DNA from: Octopus vulgaris
Lineage: Eukaryota
Direction: 5' to 3'
DNA length: 64,000 nucleotides
Assembly: GCA_951406725.2 (NCBI GenBank)
Contig: OX597820.1
Location: forward strand, 7,688,001 to 7,752,000
In this document: piece after piece, positions 52,805 to 64,000 of the stretch
Layout of the letters: each line of letters begins with the position of its first letter
How positions within the stretch are numbered: position 1 is the stretch's first letter
Notes under the pieces: generated by a model
Database searches by the model: none
What the model was told of the DNA's origin: nothing
The model's input: the letters and a program-made list of their open reading frames with translations, nothing else
Made by a program: the position numbers and the translations under genes

Positions 52805-53270
52805 AGGTATTAGTTAGCTATACCCAGAGAAGATAAAAGAAAAACAGGTTTATCTTAACAACTTCCATTTTGTATTTACTTCGGCATTTTGGCGATGTTT
52901 TCGTATAAAAATGTCTGCAGACATCTGCTATAGAACTCGCGCAAAGCACAATAGCAAATAATACAAAAACAACAACAAAATAATACATAAACAAACTGAA
53001 CTACAGATTTGACACTTACAACACAAAGGGGGAAAATATTATCATTTAAATATACATTTATTAGAAAGATATATTTTAAGCTGTTTCATTTATGAATGAT
53101 GGTAATGGCGATAGAATAAAATATACATACAACTATATTAGAGATACGTCTTTAACATAGATATATAATATACTAGATGATACTTACATATACATTGACA
53201 CTAAGAAAAAAGACATGCGACTAGAACGAAGTAGCATTTTGACGAGAAGATATAATTTCTTTATTATCCA

Positions 53271-53666
53271 CTAGCAGTATCGACCGGCGTTGCTCGGGTT
53301 TGTAAGGGAAATAACTATATAAGCATTTTTAGAGATGTAAAGTATAATAGCCATCTCAATATGGCTAACCACAAAGGGGGGTGTTACTGTAGCTTTTTAC
53401 GTTCTGAGATTTAATAATACATTTTTAGAGAGTTACTTCCCTTATATAATAGCAAAAAAATGCATTAAAAATGGGAAAAAATGTTGGTAATTTTTTTTTT
53501 ATCGTGGACTCATCGTAGACGCGCGCTAATACCCAGAAGGGCTCGATATGAATCACGACTATAAGATACCCGGTTTTGGTTAAACTGCACCGCAAAATGT
53601 GGGAGTGGTTAGGAATCTAAATCGTAGGAGACAGACAGCACACAACCTCACTTTAATATATAAAGA
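53271..53666 (-). mobile_element. Non-autonomous Helitron (396 bp)
   Basis: Minus: A|TCTTTATATATT...gtctgtc 5' end, subterminal GC hairpin and CTAG|T 3' end; AT target site, no TSD. Confidence 0.85.
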
Positions 53667-54231
53667 TTAGTTCTTAGACGTAGTAACCATGTTAAAACAG
53701 CTCGTTTTGTATCTGTTGTTACAGAGGTGAAGTTCTTAGATTTGATAAAGTTCCCAGAAAAAAACATAACCCGAGGGCAAATCTTGATAAATGAGACAAA
53801 ATCACTTTGGTCGAGGATCTGAAGAGAAAAATAACGTCTTGTTTCTTTTGTTTTGTTTTTTTTTTTGTTTTTTTTTAAGAAGGATGATAAGGTTTTCTAC
53901 CTACCGTCAAAACGGCAAATGAAAGAATTCCAAGAAATATCGGGGGAAATTCTGTCGATTGAAAGGTGTAAGGCTTAAAGTAGTGTTTCCTGTACTTCAT
54001 TAAATAACACTTGTACTCGAACACCACGTGACCATCAGCTGAGCCAAAGTACAACGTAGCTCATATTCCTGCGCCCCGGGATCCGAGACAGAGAAATATA
54101 AAGGTGACCACCAGGGAGACTAAAGCAATGTGTAGACGTAGTAATTTGTCATTTTTGCCTTGTGAAGCGTTTTCGAGCTTAGTACCCAAGACAATCTTAA
54201 TTCTGAGTGGTTAGGGAGATATATCCCTAGG

Positions 54232-54289
<58 letters not shown>

Positions 54290-54449
54290 TCCTCTGTTAA
54301 GCTTTTCCTCGTCATTTTCTCATCTCATTTTCGGTGGGGGAGTATTTTTTCATTTTTCTCTTTACTAACTGTAATGCTCGTCTACTCAGTAAATCCTTGT
54401 CTTTCATATTGTCCCAGATATTTGGGTCTCTAGTAGCCAATAAAGAAAT

Positions 54450-54645
54450 TATTATTATTATTATTACAATTATTATATGTTTGACCTTTGCTTTGTATTT
54501 GTACGCGATTACTCCAGTTCTCACCCAGAGACCTCAAAACAGAAGTTAGAAGTTCGAGTATGGTTCCATATATTTGGTTTTGCACAGAGTACTGTTCTAG
54601 AGAATGTCTGTCAAATCATAATTAAATTAGAAATTTGTTTTTAAA
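54450..54645 (-). mobile_element. 3'UTR fragment of the R4-like family seen at 59960-60657
   Basis: aagttagaagttc..catatatttggttttgcaca.agta.tgttctagagaatgt is shared with about 59995-60071; flanked by TTA repeats. Confidence 0.7.
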
Positions 54646-54667
54646 TTATTATTATTATTATTATTAA

Positions 54668-54701
<34 letters not shown>

Positions 54702-55128
54702 GAGTGAGAGAGCAGTGCATGCCATCAAAGTGAAACTGGGGTAAAATATACGAAGCCCACTATACCCATCTGATAAGGGCACATCGGGCACATGCATGAC
54801 AACCATATGTGCGTGACATGGTGATCTCATATCAAAATAAACAGCACATGACCTTGCAGGTGGAGTCCAGTGAGAATTTTCTTCGAGTCAAGTAGCCCAT
54901 CCTGCTCAAAAGGCCCCTGAATAAGGGTGGTTTAAGGATGTTGAACGAAACACCCCTGTTTCAAGAGGTGAATTATTCAAACCCCAAAGAATTCCTCTCA
55001 ACACATGGCTATGATACTCCTCCCAGTTCCTCTCAACACATGGCTATGATACTCCCCCAGTTCCTCTCAACACATGGCTATGATACCCCCCCCCAGTTCC
55101 TCTCAACACATGGCTATGATACTCCCCC

Positions 55129-55129
<1 letters not shown>
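54702..55129 (-). mobile_element. Family D retroposon in (TTA)n, with about 4 tandem 33-36-bp units at the truncation point (54992-55129)
   Basis: Homologous to the other D copies; unit ttcctctcaacacatggctatgatactccccc. Confidence 0.85.
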
Positions 55130-55176
<47 letters not shown>

Positions 55177-55177
<1 letters not shown>

Positions 55178-58100
55178 GTTTTTTTTTCTTCTTTCAAATT
55201 TGCTTCCATTTCTTGCAGAGTGTCTTCCCGACTCCTAGGGCAAAGAAACTTATAGTATACATTGGTAGGCCATTAAACCAAACTCAATAGTTCGTTCATT
55301 TTTTTTTTTTTAAGTTAAATTAAAATACATGAGCAGCAACAGTTCTCACATCCACAATGCTCTTCTCAATACGTGTGATATACCAGTTAAGACAATCTTT
55401 TGCACTTCTTGCAGGGATGGTAAGCCAGGGATCATTCTCATATAATTTTCGGTTCCCTTCTTGATCATTCCTAGTGCTCCTACGATCACTGGTATTGTAA
55501 CCGCCTTGAGATGCCACATTTTCTCAATTTCAATGAGTAGGTCTTTATATTTTCTGAGCTTGTCAAACTCTTTCGCTGAGATATTATGATCACAGGGGAT
55601 GCTCATGTCGATGAATAAGCAAACTTTATTGTTTTGGTCTTTCACAACAATATCTGGTTTATTGGCCTTGATGGTTCGGTCTGTATGTAATGGAAAGTCC
55701 CACAGAATGGTCACATTTTCTCCTTCAGTTACAGCCTCAGGGTGGTGATTATACCACTTGTCGGCAGTTTTGATATTGTAATGCCGACTTATTAGCCAGT
55801 GTAGATATTGGCCAACTCTGTCATGTCTTAATTTATACTCCACTGGTGCTAAGACTTTACATCCAGAGATTAGATGGTCCACTGTTTCAATCATGTCGTT
55901 GCAGAATCGGCATTTTGGGTCTGCTCCATTTTCATCACATTGGCCTGGTAGTTCCGGGTTAATAGGCTTTGATCTTGAGCAGCCATGATGAAACCTTCGC
56001 TCTCTGCTTTTAGCCCTGAGCTCCGTAGCCACTGATGGGTTTGCTTCTGGTCAACATCAGCTTGTTTGCTGCGGGTCACATATTTGCCGTGCAGAGGTTT
56101 CTCCTCCCACCTATCAGCCAATTGCTCGTGCGCTTTTTTGGTTGCCATCATTTTCACCTTCTTTGCAACAATAGTTGCCGTACTTCCCTCGGGTTGTTCA
56201 GTTTGGGTATCCTGCACGAGATCAATAGCAATTTTTTTGCTTTCCTTTATGATAGAATGAAGCTCCTTTCGTCTCTCGTGATTTTCCACGAGCTTTAGCA
56301 TCCAGTCATTCGATATTTCGAGATATTTGGCCAGTCCAATTGTGGTCGTTTTGTAAGCTAGTTCAAATTGGATCAGGCCTCGACCTCCTTGGGCTCTGGG
56401 AAGGTAAAGGCGATCTACGTCTGCCTTTGGGTGGTGCATCCTATTACAACTCAGCAGCTTGCGTATTTTCCTATCTATATTCTTTACTTCACTCATATTC
56501 CACTTCAACACATTGTAGCTATAAGTAACAACTGGAACTGCTAAGGAATTTATAGCTAACACCTTGTTACGTGCATTTAGTTCAGATTTCAGGACTGCAC
56601 GAACTCTCCTATAACATTCCTCCCTAATCTTCTCTTTCATGCTTGCATGCTGAATACCAGAGCCTTCATTTATCCCTAAATATTTGTATGTTTGTTCTTG
56701 CTCAAGCTCTCTTATGACTGTGTCAACATCTAACACGACTGAATTTGTGGTCTTCACTTTCCCTTTCTGGAAAGTGGCCTTGGCACACTTCTCAAGTCCA
56801 AACTCCATCCCGATGTCATCGCTGAATGCTTTCACAGTGCACAATAGGCCTTCAAGTTCATTATTGTCTTTACCATAAAGTTTTAAGTCATCCATATAAA
56901 ATAGATGGCTTATTTTTTTATTGGCAATTTTATACCCATACCCTGTTCTGTTTAATTCACTTGTAGGGGGTATTAGGGCTATGCAGAATATTAAAGGTGA
57001 AAATGAGTCACCTTGAAAAATTCCACAGTTGATGTTTATATTTTCTGAGGCAAGTACTCCATTAGAGTGGTATAATTGGAGATTCGTATTCCACAACGAC
57101 ATATTGTGCTTCAGAAAGTTTGAAAATCACAGGGGAAATTTTGAAGATGTCCAGCGATCTCAAGATCCATGGATGCGGTATACTGTCGAAGACCTTTTTA
57201 TAGTCAATCCATGCGGTGCTGAGATTTCTGCGCTTGTTGTGACAGTTCTCAAGGATCATACGATTGATTAGCAGTTGATATTTGCATCGTAAGAGCCTCG
57301 GCGGCACCCTTTTTGTTCGATGGGGAAAATATCGTTTTTCTCCATGAATGCATATGTTTTCTCCGCCAGGATAGATGTTAGGATTTTATACGTGGTGGAT
57401 AGACAGGTTATAGGCCGATAGTTTTTTGGAAGGTTGGTTTCGTTATTCTTTGGGAGTAGGTAAGTAATGCCACTTGCTAACCATTCTGGTGTTTTCTTTG
57501 GGTTTCTCATAATTCCATTGAGGAGCTGAACTAGCTTACCGTGTGCGCATGGGAGCGATGCGAGCCAGAAATTCGGCACCCTATCTTTACCGGGGGATTT
57601 CCAATTATGGGCCTTCGTGAGTGCCTTTCTTAGGTCTGCTATTGTGATGTCTTCCCATGCTTGTTGTAAATTTTGGTAGGATCCTTCAGTTTGTATAATC
57701 CAGTCTGCATTTATGTTGTACGTCTTCTTGTTACTCCAAATCCTTTTCCAAAAGTTTTGAACTTCTTCCATGGGAGAGGGGTCTTTAACGGTTACTTTCT
57801 CCTTCCCTATTTCTCTGTAGAATTTTTTGACATTGGATGTGAACAGCTTATTTTGCTTGTAAAACTTGTTTCTCTTCTCAAATCTTCGTATTCTTTGGGC
57901 TTTTGCTTGGACTTTTTGTTTCAGCGTTTCTTTTATTGATATCAGTTCTTCTCTTGGTGAGGATCCAAATTTTCTCTTCATCTTTCTTCCTGTTCTGGAT
58001 CTTACATCATTTCCACATATTAGTTCATTTAATATTGATATTTCCCCTCTCATAAATTCAATCTCTTTTTCAATTTTACTTCTCCATGTTTGATTTTTTC

Positions 58101-58950
58101 CCAGGTTTTGTTTTCTTTGTTTTTTCGGGGGCATACAGCTGGTTTCAATTGCCCTAGCAGAAGCGTAAATAATTTCATTTAACTAAGTAAAATCAGGTTT
58201 TAATTCTCGCATTATTTCATTTGTTACATAGTTGCCAATTTGGATTTGTTTTTTATTTTGGTTTGTATTTGAGAGTTTATGAAGTGGTTCTCTATCATTC
58301 ATACTTGTATGTCTTACAACTTCAAGCGTATTCAGGATTTTCTGCCTCATTTCTGCCATAGACTCTCTGTGTTCTTCAGCAAATGCGAGATCTTCAGTTA
58401 CTGTTGTTTTTTCGTTTTCCTGGCTATCTTTAACAGGTACAATAGAATTTCTTGTATCTTCAGGCCTTTGCGTACTTTGGTCAGATGGCAGTCTTTCAAT
58501 TAAGCCTCGTGGCGGGCTATACTGTTCATCTGATTCTTCATTTCCTTTGTGTCTTATATTTATGTCATTTTCCGTTGCGTGCTTCATCGCGCTTATTTCA
58601 CTGTCTGTGAGTCTGTTATTTCTAAGGATATCCCTCCTCACATTTGCTAATTTGTTCTCGTCCAAATAGGGCCTACTGTCTTGATTCCGAGTTCTCCATA
58701 TACTGTAAGAGTTTGCGGTGTGTCTCTCTTGAGATGGCCTACCTAATGCATAGTAATAAGCGTATATTACTTCTTTATACTCTTCTCGGGTTCATTTGTT
58801 CCGCTTACATTTTTCTTTCTGTGGTGGTTGTGGTGGTGAACTTGGAGGGCTCGAGTTGGGAGATTTCCAGTTCAAGTGACCATCCATGTCCGTATTCGGA
58901 GAAGAGTTTGTGCCAGTTGATGACTTTTCGATCCCAGGCTGACTCTTCCC
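55177..58950 (-). mobile_element. Near full-length R4/Dong-clade non-LTR retrotransposon (RT, CCHC, RLE), frameshifted, in (TAA)n
   Basis: ORF pieces 58665-58183, 58134-57268, 57307-57062, 57102-55891 and 56032-55346 carry RPITCL, GIFQGDSFSP, YMDD, YKYLG, GGRGL, CRFC..H...C, RHD, KPD..ID...P..K..KY and IPVIVGALG; (TTA)n on both sides. Confidence 0.95.
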
Positions 58951-59026
<76 letters not shown>

Positions 59027-59049
59027 GTTGTTTTTATTATTATTATTTT

Positions 59050-59920
59050 GCGGAAAAATATCCTCGTTTCAAGCAAATATTTCCTCAGCCGCCTATTGTA
59101 GCCTTTAGATGGAATAAAAATACAAGAGAGCAATTAAACTCTACTTCTGACTCAAGAAAACCAACATTGAAGTTTCTGCACGCTGTACCTTGAAAAACGG
59201 CTGCTAGAGAGGCAAGCCCTGTTCAGTGTGCAACAACATGTGTCAAGTGAATTCCATCAGGAATTATAAAAGAAATGTTATGATTTACACTGAAGGTGGG
59301 ACGTGTAGCGATTCCCATTTGGTGTACGTCGCAGAATGCACCAAACACGACTTGATTTAATGTTGGTTGTACAACAGAACAACAATTAAACACAAGATAC
59401 AATAGGCACAAATATGATGTCAGGCACAATAACAGTTGTTCGACAGAACTTGCCGAACATTTTCATCAAACGACTGCAATTTTGAAAAAGACTTGAAAAT
59501 GCATATTCTCAGAAAATATTCTGAGTCCGGTTCACTTTCAGTCCTCAAAATGCATGAGAAGAAATATGTTTGCGAGTTATTAACATCAGGCCCCGGAAGG
59601 ATAAATAAAATGACAGGAGAATTTAATCATATTTACAGAAAGCTGTTTAAATATTTTCCCTTTCTTTTTTCTTTACTTTTCTCTTTTTTCTTTCTTTTTG
59701 CCAGCTGTAAACTTGAAAATTGAAGACATTCCACCAACGTGGGGACGCTGGTTGCCCTCGTTCAAAGTTTGGATTTGAATTTCTATGATTTTTAATTACT
59801 ATGTATCACATTTCATTTTGAACTCGATAGAGATAGGCTAGCTATCGAAATATCGTTCAACCAATAAAATATTTATTGCAATCACATCACACTCTTCGTA
59901 TTATCGATTTACCTTTGTGA
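59050..59920 (+). mobile_element. Penelope-like 3' remnant (GIY-YIG plus terminal repeat)
   Basis: FNVGCTTEQQLNTRYNRHKYDV..ELAEHF..FEKDLKMHIL..EKKYVCELLTSGPGRIN, followed by an HHR-like motif and AATAAA. Confidence 0.75.
59818..59860 (+). ncRNA. Minimal hammerhead-like motif with altered core
   Basis: ttgaac-TCGATAGA-GATAG gctag CTATC-GAAA-TA-TC-gttcaa; perfect 6-bp stem I and 5-bp stem II. Confidence 0.5.
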
Positions 59921-59959
59921 AGAGTTACGTCAATCCTTTTAAAATATCATCGTTGTTGT

Positions 59960-60657
59960 TATATGTTTGACTTTTGCTCAGACCTCCAGAGACAAGTTAG
60001 AAGTTCATGTTGGTGTTATGCCTAGGGTGTCATATATTTGGTTTTGCACAAAGTATTGTTCTAGAGAATGTTTAAGCAAACAAGAAAATTATAACTTTGT
60101 TTTAAAATTTGAGCTTATATACGTAGTATATGGGCAGTTCCCATGAGCACTATCTTTTGAATTTCTGCCATTTTAGGGTTCCCTGGTATCTGAGATAGGT
60201 AGGAATCAACCCCTTTTGCTATCATTCTTAAGGCATCTACGACAACAGGAATTGTTTTAGTCTTGGGGTTCCATATTTTGCCAATTTCTATTTCAAGATC
60301 TTCGTACTTGCTCAGGTTTGGTTGGTCTTGACACATAAACATTTATGTCGATTGGGACAGTCAGATCAATGAGGAGGAATGATTTTTGTCTGAAGTCTTT
60401 CAATATAATGTCTGGCTTATTCGCATCTATCTTTCTGTCAGTCTGAAGGTTGAAGTTCCAGAAGAATGAAATGTGATTCATTTTCAAGCACTGGGGGTGG
60501 TTGATGTTCCCACTAGTTTTTATCACGGGACAGGTCCAGATTTTTGCAAATTACCCAGCGAATAATATTGTGCTGCTCTATCATGCCTGTTGAGATACTC
60601 TGTAGACGCAAGAAGACTGCACATAGAGACATAATCTACGGTTTAATTTGTTGCATT
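59960..60657 (-). mobile_element. 5'-truncated R4/Dong-like LINE (RLE end plus 3'UTR)
   Basis: FWNFNLQTDRKIDANKPDIILKD..LIDLTVP, SKYEDLEIEIGKIW..TIPVVV; (TTA)n at its 5' junction. Confidence 0.85.
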
Positions 60658-60724
<67 letters not shown>

Positions 60725-60935
60725 GATGGTGACCTGGCAGAATCTTTTGCACGCCGGGCAAAATGCTTGGCAGCATTTCGTCCGTCTTTACATTCTGAGT
60801 TCAAATTCCACTGAGGTCGACTTTGCCTTTTATTGTTTCAGTGTCCATAAATTAAGTACCATTGAGACACTGGGATCGATGTAATTGACTAGTCCCGGCC
60901 CCAAAATTTCAGGCCTTGTGCCTATAGTAGAAAGA

Positions 60936-60979
<44 letters not shown>

Positions 60980-61160
60980 ATTTAAGGTGGCGAGCTGGCA
61001 GAATCGTTAGCACGCAGGACGAAATGCTTCAGTCTTTACGTTTTGATTTCAAATTCAGCCAAGGTCGACTTAGCTGTTCATTCTTTCGGGATCAATAAAA
61101 TAAGTAGCAGTTGAAGATCTCTTCGTAAAAATTGCTGGCCTTGTGCCAAAATTTAAAACT
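60725..61160 (+). mobile_element. Two older SINE B-related copies separated by (TTA)n
   Basis: ctggcagaatc..gagttcaaattcc..ggtcgactttgcc; variant tail ggccttgtgcc. Confidence 0.8.
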
Positions 61161-61420
61161 ATTAAAATCATTATTATAGGTTTCTATTTTAGTGTCAAGA
61201 CCAGAAATTTTTAAGGATCGAAGTTGGTCGATACCATTGACCCCCTACTTTTTAACTGTACCTTATTTTATCGACTCCAAACGGAAGAAAACCGAGATCA
61301 ACTTTGCTTTATGTTCAATCGGAGTCGAATGGAGCCGATGTAATCGTGTAACTCCCCTTCCTTTAAATAGCTGGCCTTGTACTAAAAGTTGAAACCATTA
61401 TTGTTGTGGCTGTTGCTGTT

Positions 61421-61775
61421 GAGCGAACGGTCTTCGTCCTCTTGGGAGAAGTCCGAAACGTGGTCTTTTGCTATTCGTAAGACCCGCAGACGAGAAAGCA
61501 GGTCAACCCCCAACACCGAGAGCATCGACGGATGGATGAATGCGCATCCAGGCTCAGCGGTTGCGTAGGAAGTCGGGGACAAGAAACAGGAAGAAAGAGT
61601 GAGAGAAAGTTGGAGCGAAAGAGTACAACAGGGGTCGCCATCACCCCCTGCCGGAGCCTCGTAGAGCTTTAGGTGTTTTCGCTCAATAAACACACACAAC
61701 GCCCGGTCTGGGAATCGAAACCGCAATCCTCCGACCGCGAGTCCGCTGCCCTAACCACTGGGCCATTGCGCCTCC
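61421..61775 (-). mobile_element. SINE family C
   Basis: High identity to 22077-22444, with a more complete tRNA-like head. Confidence 0.9.
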
Positions 61776-62643
61776 ATTATTGTTGTTGTTGTGTTTGGCC
61801 TGAGTGGACGTGCTATTCGTTCGCTCTCTTTATTGATTTATAGAAAACTGTTTTCCCAAACGTTCAAATATTGGTTAATATTTTACACGTGTAAACTTGT
61901 ATACAATGACAATCAGTTTGATTATTATTATTTTTTTTTATTTAAAAGAAAATTTTACAAACATCTTATTTCTTCGACTTGAAGTTGTTTGGATATTAAC
62001 TTTTTCTGTCTCGTTCGATATTAACTCCTTCTGCTTTACAAAAAAAAAAATGGATTAATATTTTTTGTGTTTTTGTTGTTTAACTGTTTTCGCAAGACGA
62101 ATGTTTTTCCATGTGTTTTTCGTAAAAAAAAAATTACTTCAAATTTATTCCAACATTTTGTTCTGTGATTAGTTCGACTACATTGGGATTGGTGACCAAT
62201 CTGCAAGGCAATTCCTATCAAAGGGAAAAGTTGTTTTTATCTTTTTTAAACCAAACAATTATGCCAATGCCAAGCAGAGAGTTCCAAACAGACCACTTTT
62301 GCAACAATATACGCACGACTGGAAAAGGAAGACATTGTGTTATCAGAAGAAAAAGAAAACCTAGTTTATTAAGTGATTCTGAGAATTCGTAAGACGACAG
62401 CAATAACAAGAACAACATCAACACTCATACACTGACGTCTCCAAGCGAAAAAGTGCACACATGACGGCTGTTTCACTCAATGAGGACTCTCCATGACCAC
62501 CCATGTCGAATCTTTTAATCGGAACAAAGCACAGTCCACAATGGACCAGTGGCAAAAATTGTATTCATAAGAACTATATCTTCTTGGCCAAATATATTAA
62601 AATACGAAAATGAGCACTGACTTCCATTAGTCTTATAAGGGGG

Positions 62644-62720
<77 letters not shown>

Positions 62721-62799
62721 CTATCTCTACCCTGAAGATACCACTTAAGGGGAGATTTGGAAGTTTTCTGGGCTAGCATCTTCTAGAAAGAGAAGAGCA

Positions 62800-63120
62800 A
62801 ATCCCATGAATTCATTTGCCACGTTTTAAAACCAAGAATCCAGGCATGGGCAGAGATTGTGCGCGAAACCTGTATTCGTAATCGTGAACTTTAGTAGACA
62901 CAAGGGTGAAATAAGGGCAATAATCTGATACATTGCAAGGGACACTGACCTCTGGTATTTGTAAATCATTTTGTTCAGATGACAGCACACAAATAACGAG
63001 AAGTAATCTAGGATTTGGTGTGATCAAGGTGGACTTGGCCTAGTTGGCAGTATCGCAATTCCTATATCCTTCAGCTTCTTGAGTAGCAGACGTCGTGTTA
63101 TGCCAAGGGCAACAATTACC
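62800..63120 (-). mobile_element. Possible highly decayed mariner remnant
   Basis: LLKKLKDIGIAILPTRPSPP..DYF loosely resembles the mariner KL..LG...LPHPPYSPD..DY motif. Confidence 0.3.
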
Positions 63121-63133
63121 ACATACTCTGTAT

Positions 63134-63348
63134 ACTCTTTACTCTTTTACTCTTCTACTTGTTTCAGTCATTTGACTGCGGCCATGCTGGAGCACCACCT
63201 TTAGTCGAGCAAATCGACCCCAGGACTTAATTTTTGTAAGCCTAGTACTTATTCTATTGGACTCTATTGCCGAACCGTTATGTTACGCGGACGTAAACAC
63301 ACCAGCATCGGTTGTCAAGCGATGATGGGGGACAAACACAGACACACA

Positions 63349-63447
<99 letters not shown>

Positions 63448-63601
63448 GACGGGCTTCTTTCAGCTTCCGTCTACCAAATCCACTCACAAGGCTTTGGTCG
63501 GCCCGAGGCTATAGTAGAAGACACTTGCCCAAATTGCCACGCAGTGGGACTGAACCCGGAACCATGTGGTTGATAAGCAAGCTACTTACCACGCAGCCAC
63601 T
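63134..63601 (-). mobile_element. SINE family A
   Basis: High identity to the other A copies. Confidence 0.9.
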
Positions 63602-64000
63602 AATCTTCCACGATTTCTTCATTTCTTTGGTTACGCCTTGATATTTCTCAATTTTTCTTTCTTTGATATCCATTCTATTAGAGAATGGTTTTGCAAAGTC
63701 CATCATCTTACTCTGATACTTTTCTTTTTTCTTTTCCTCTTCAATACTATTCTTCGTATTATTTCAACAGTCAACATCCCTGACTGCTACTTCAAATCAA
63801 TAAACCTGGCTAACACCCCAACAAACTTTTCCTACGGCTTACACTCCTTTTTGCGTTAGATGCTGCATTCGCGTACAAAATAGTACTTAGCTCCCATATC
63901 CACACATTCTGTTTATTTCCAAGTCAACCAGCGATCTACCGAGCCATCTACCTACGTAACTTATCATCCACAAATCACTCTACTTATAGTTGTTGTGGTT
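63602..64000 (-). mobile_element. Decayed R4/Dong-like RLE remnant
   Basis: RMCG..LTQKECK and DFAKP..RMDIKERKIEKYQ...EMKKSW resemble the RLE ID...P....KE.EKI.KY motif. Confidence 0.55.

Noticed and set aside
54992-55129. CRISPR-like 33-36-bp repeats
   Set aside because: Head-to-tail tandem with no unique spacers, no cas genes, and eukaryotic context.
58644-59133. Poly-Leu and poly-Ile ORFs suggesting a membrane protein
   Set aside because: They are translations of the (TTA)n target tract.
61700-61775. tRNA gene candidate (also 33131-33200)
   Set aside because: A and B boxes run directly into a repeated SINE body and the acceptor stem is incomplete, so these are SINE heads.

Overview
AT-rich, microsatellite-saturated eukaryotic DNA with no recognisable intact host gene, so intronic or intergenic. 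The SINE repertoire suggests an octopod cephalopod; this is from recall and was not verified by search. Almost every listed ORF is a microsatellite or SINE artefact. Real content: four tRNA-derived SINE families; a near full-length but frameshifted R4/Dong-type LINE (RT plus RLE) nested with related 3' fragments in (TAA)n tracts; a second R4-like family in (CATA)n; RTE, CR1/L2-like, Penelope (PLE), Tc1/mariner and pogo relics; and two non-autonomous Helitrons. The most notable signal is a set of short non-coding elements, mostly embedded in (TA)n tracts, carrying type I hammerhead-ribozyme (HHR) motifs. About 7 are near-intact and about 10 degenerate, from many sequence families, each with its own palindromic stem III. 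They occur as foldback inverted repeats with HHRs on both strands, as a 1.4-mer tandem of a 564-nt unit (retrozyme-like), and just downstream of a PLE GIY-YIG remnant. Two copies end at the predicted self-cleavage site, and several families share a covarying GAAA-tetraloop hairpin. All calls were made by eye; boundaries of degenerate elements are approximate.
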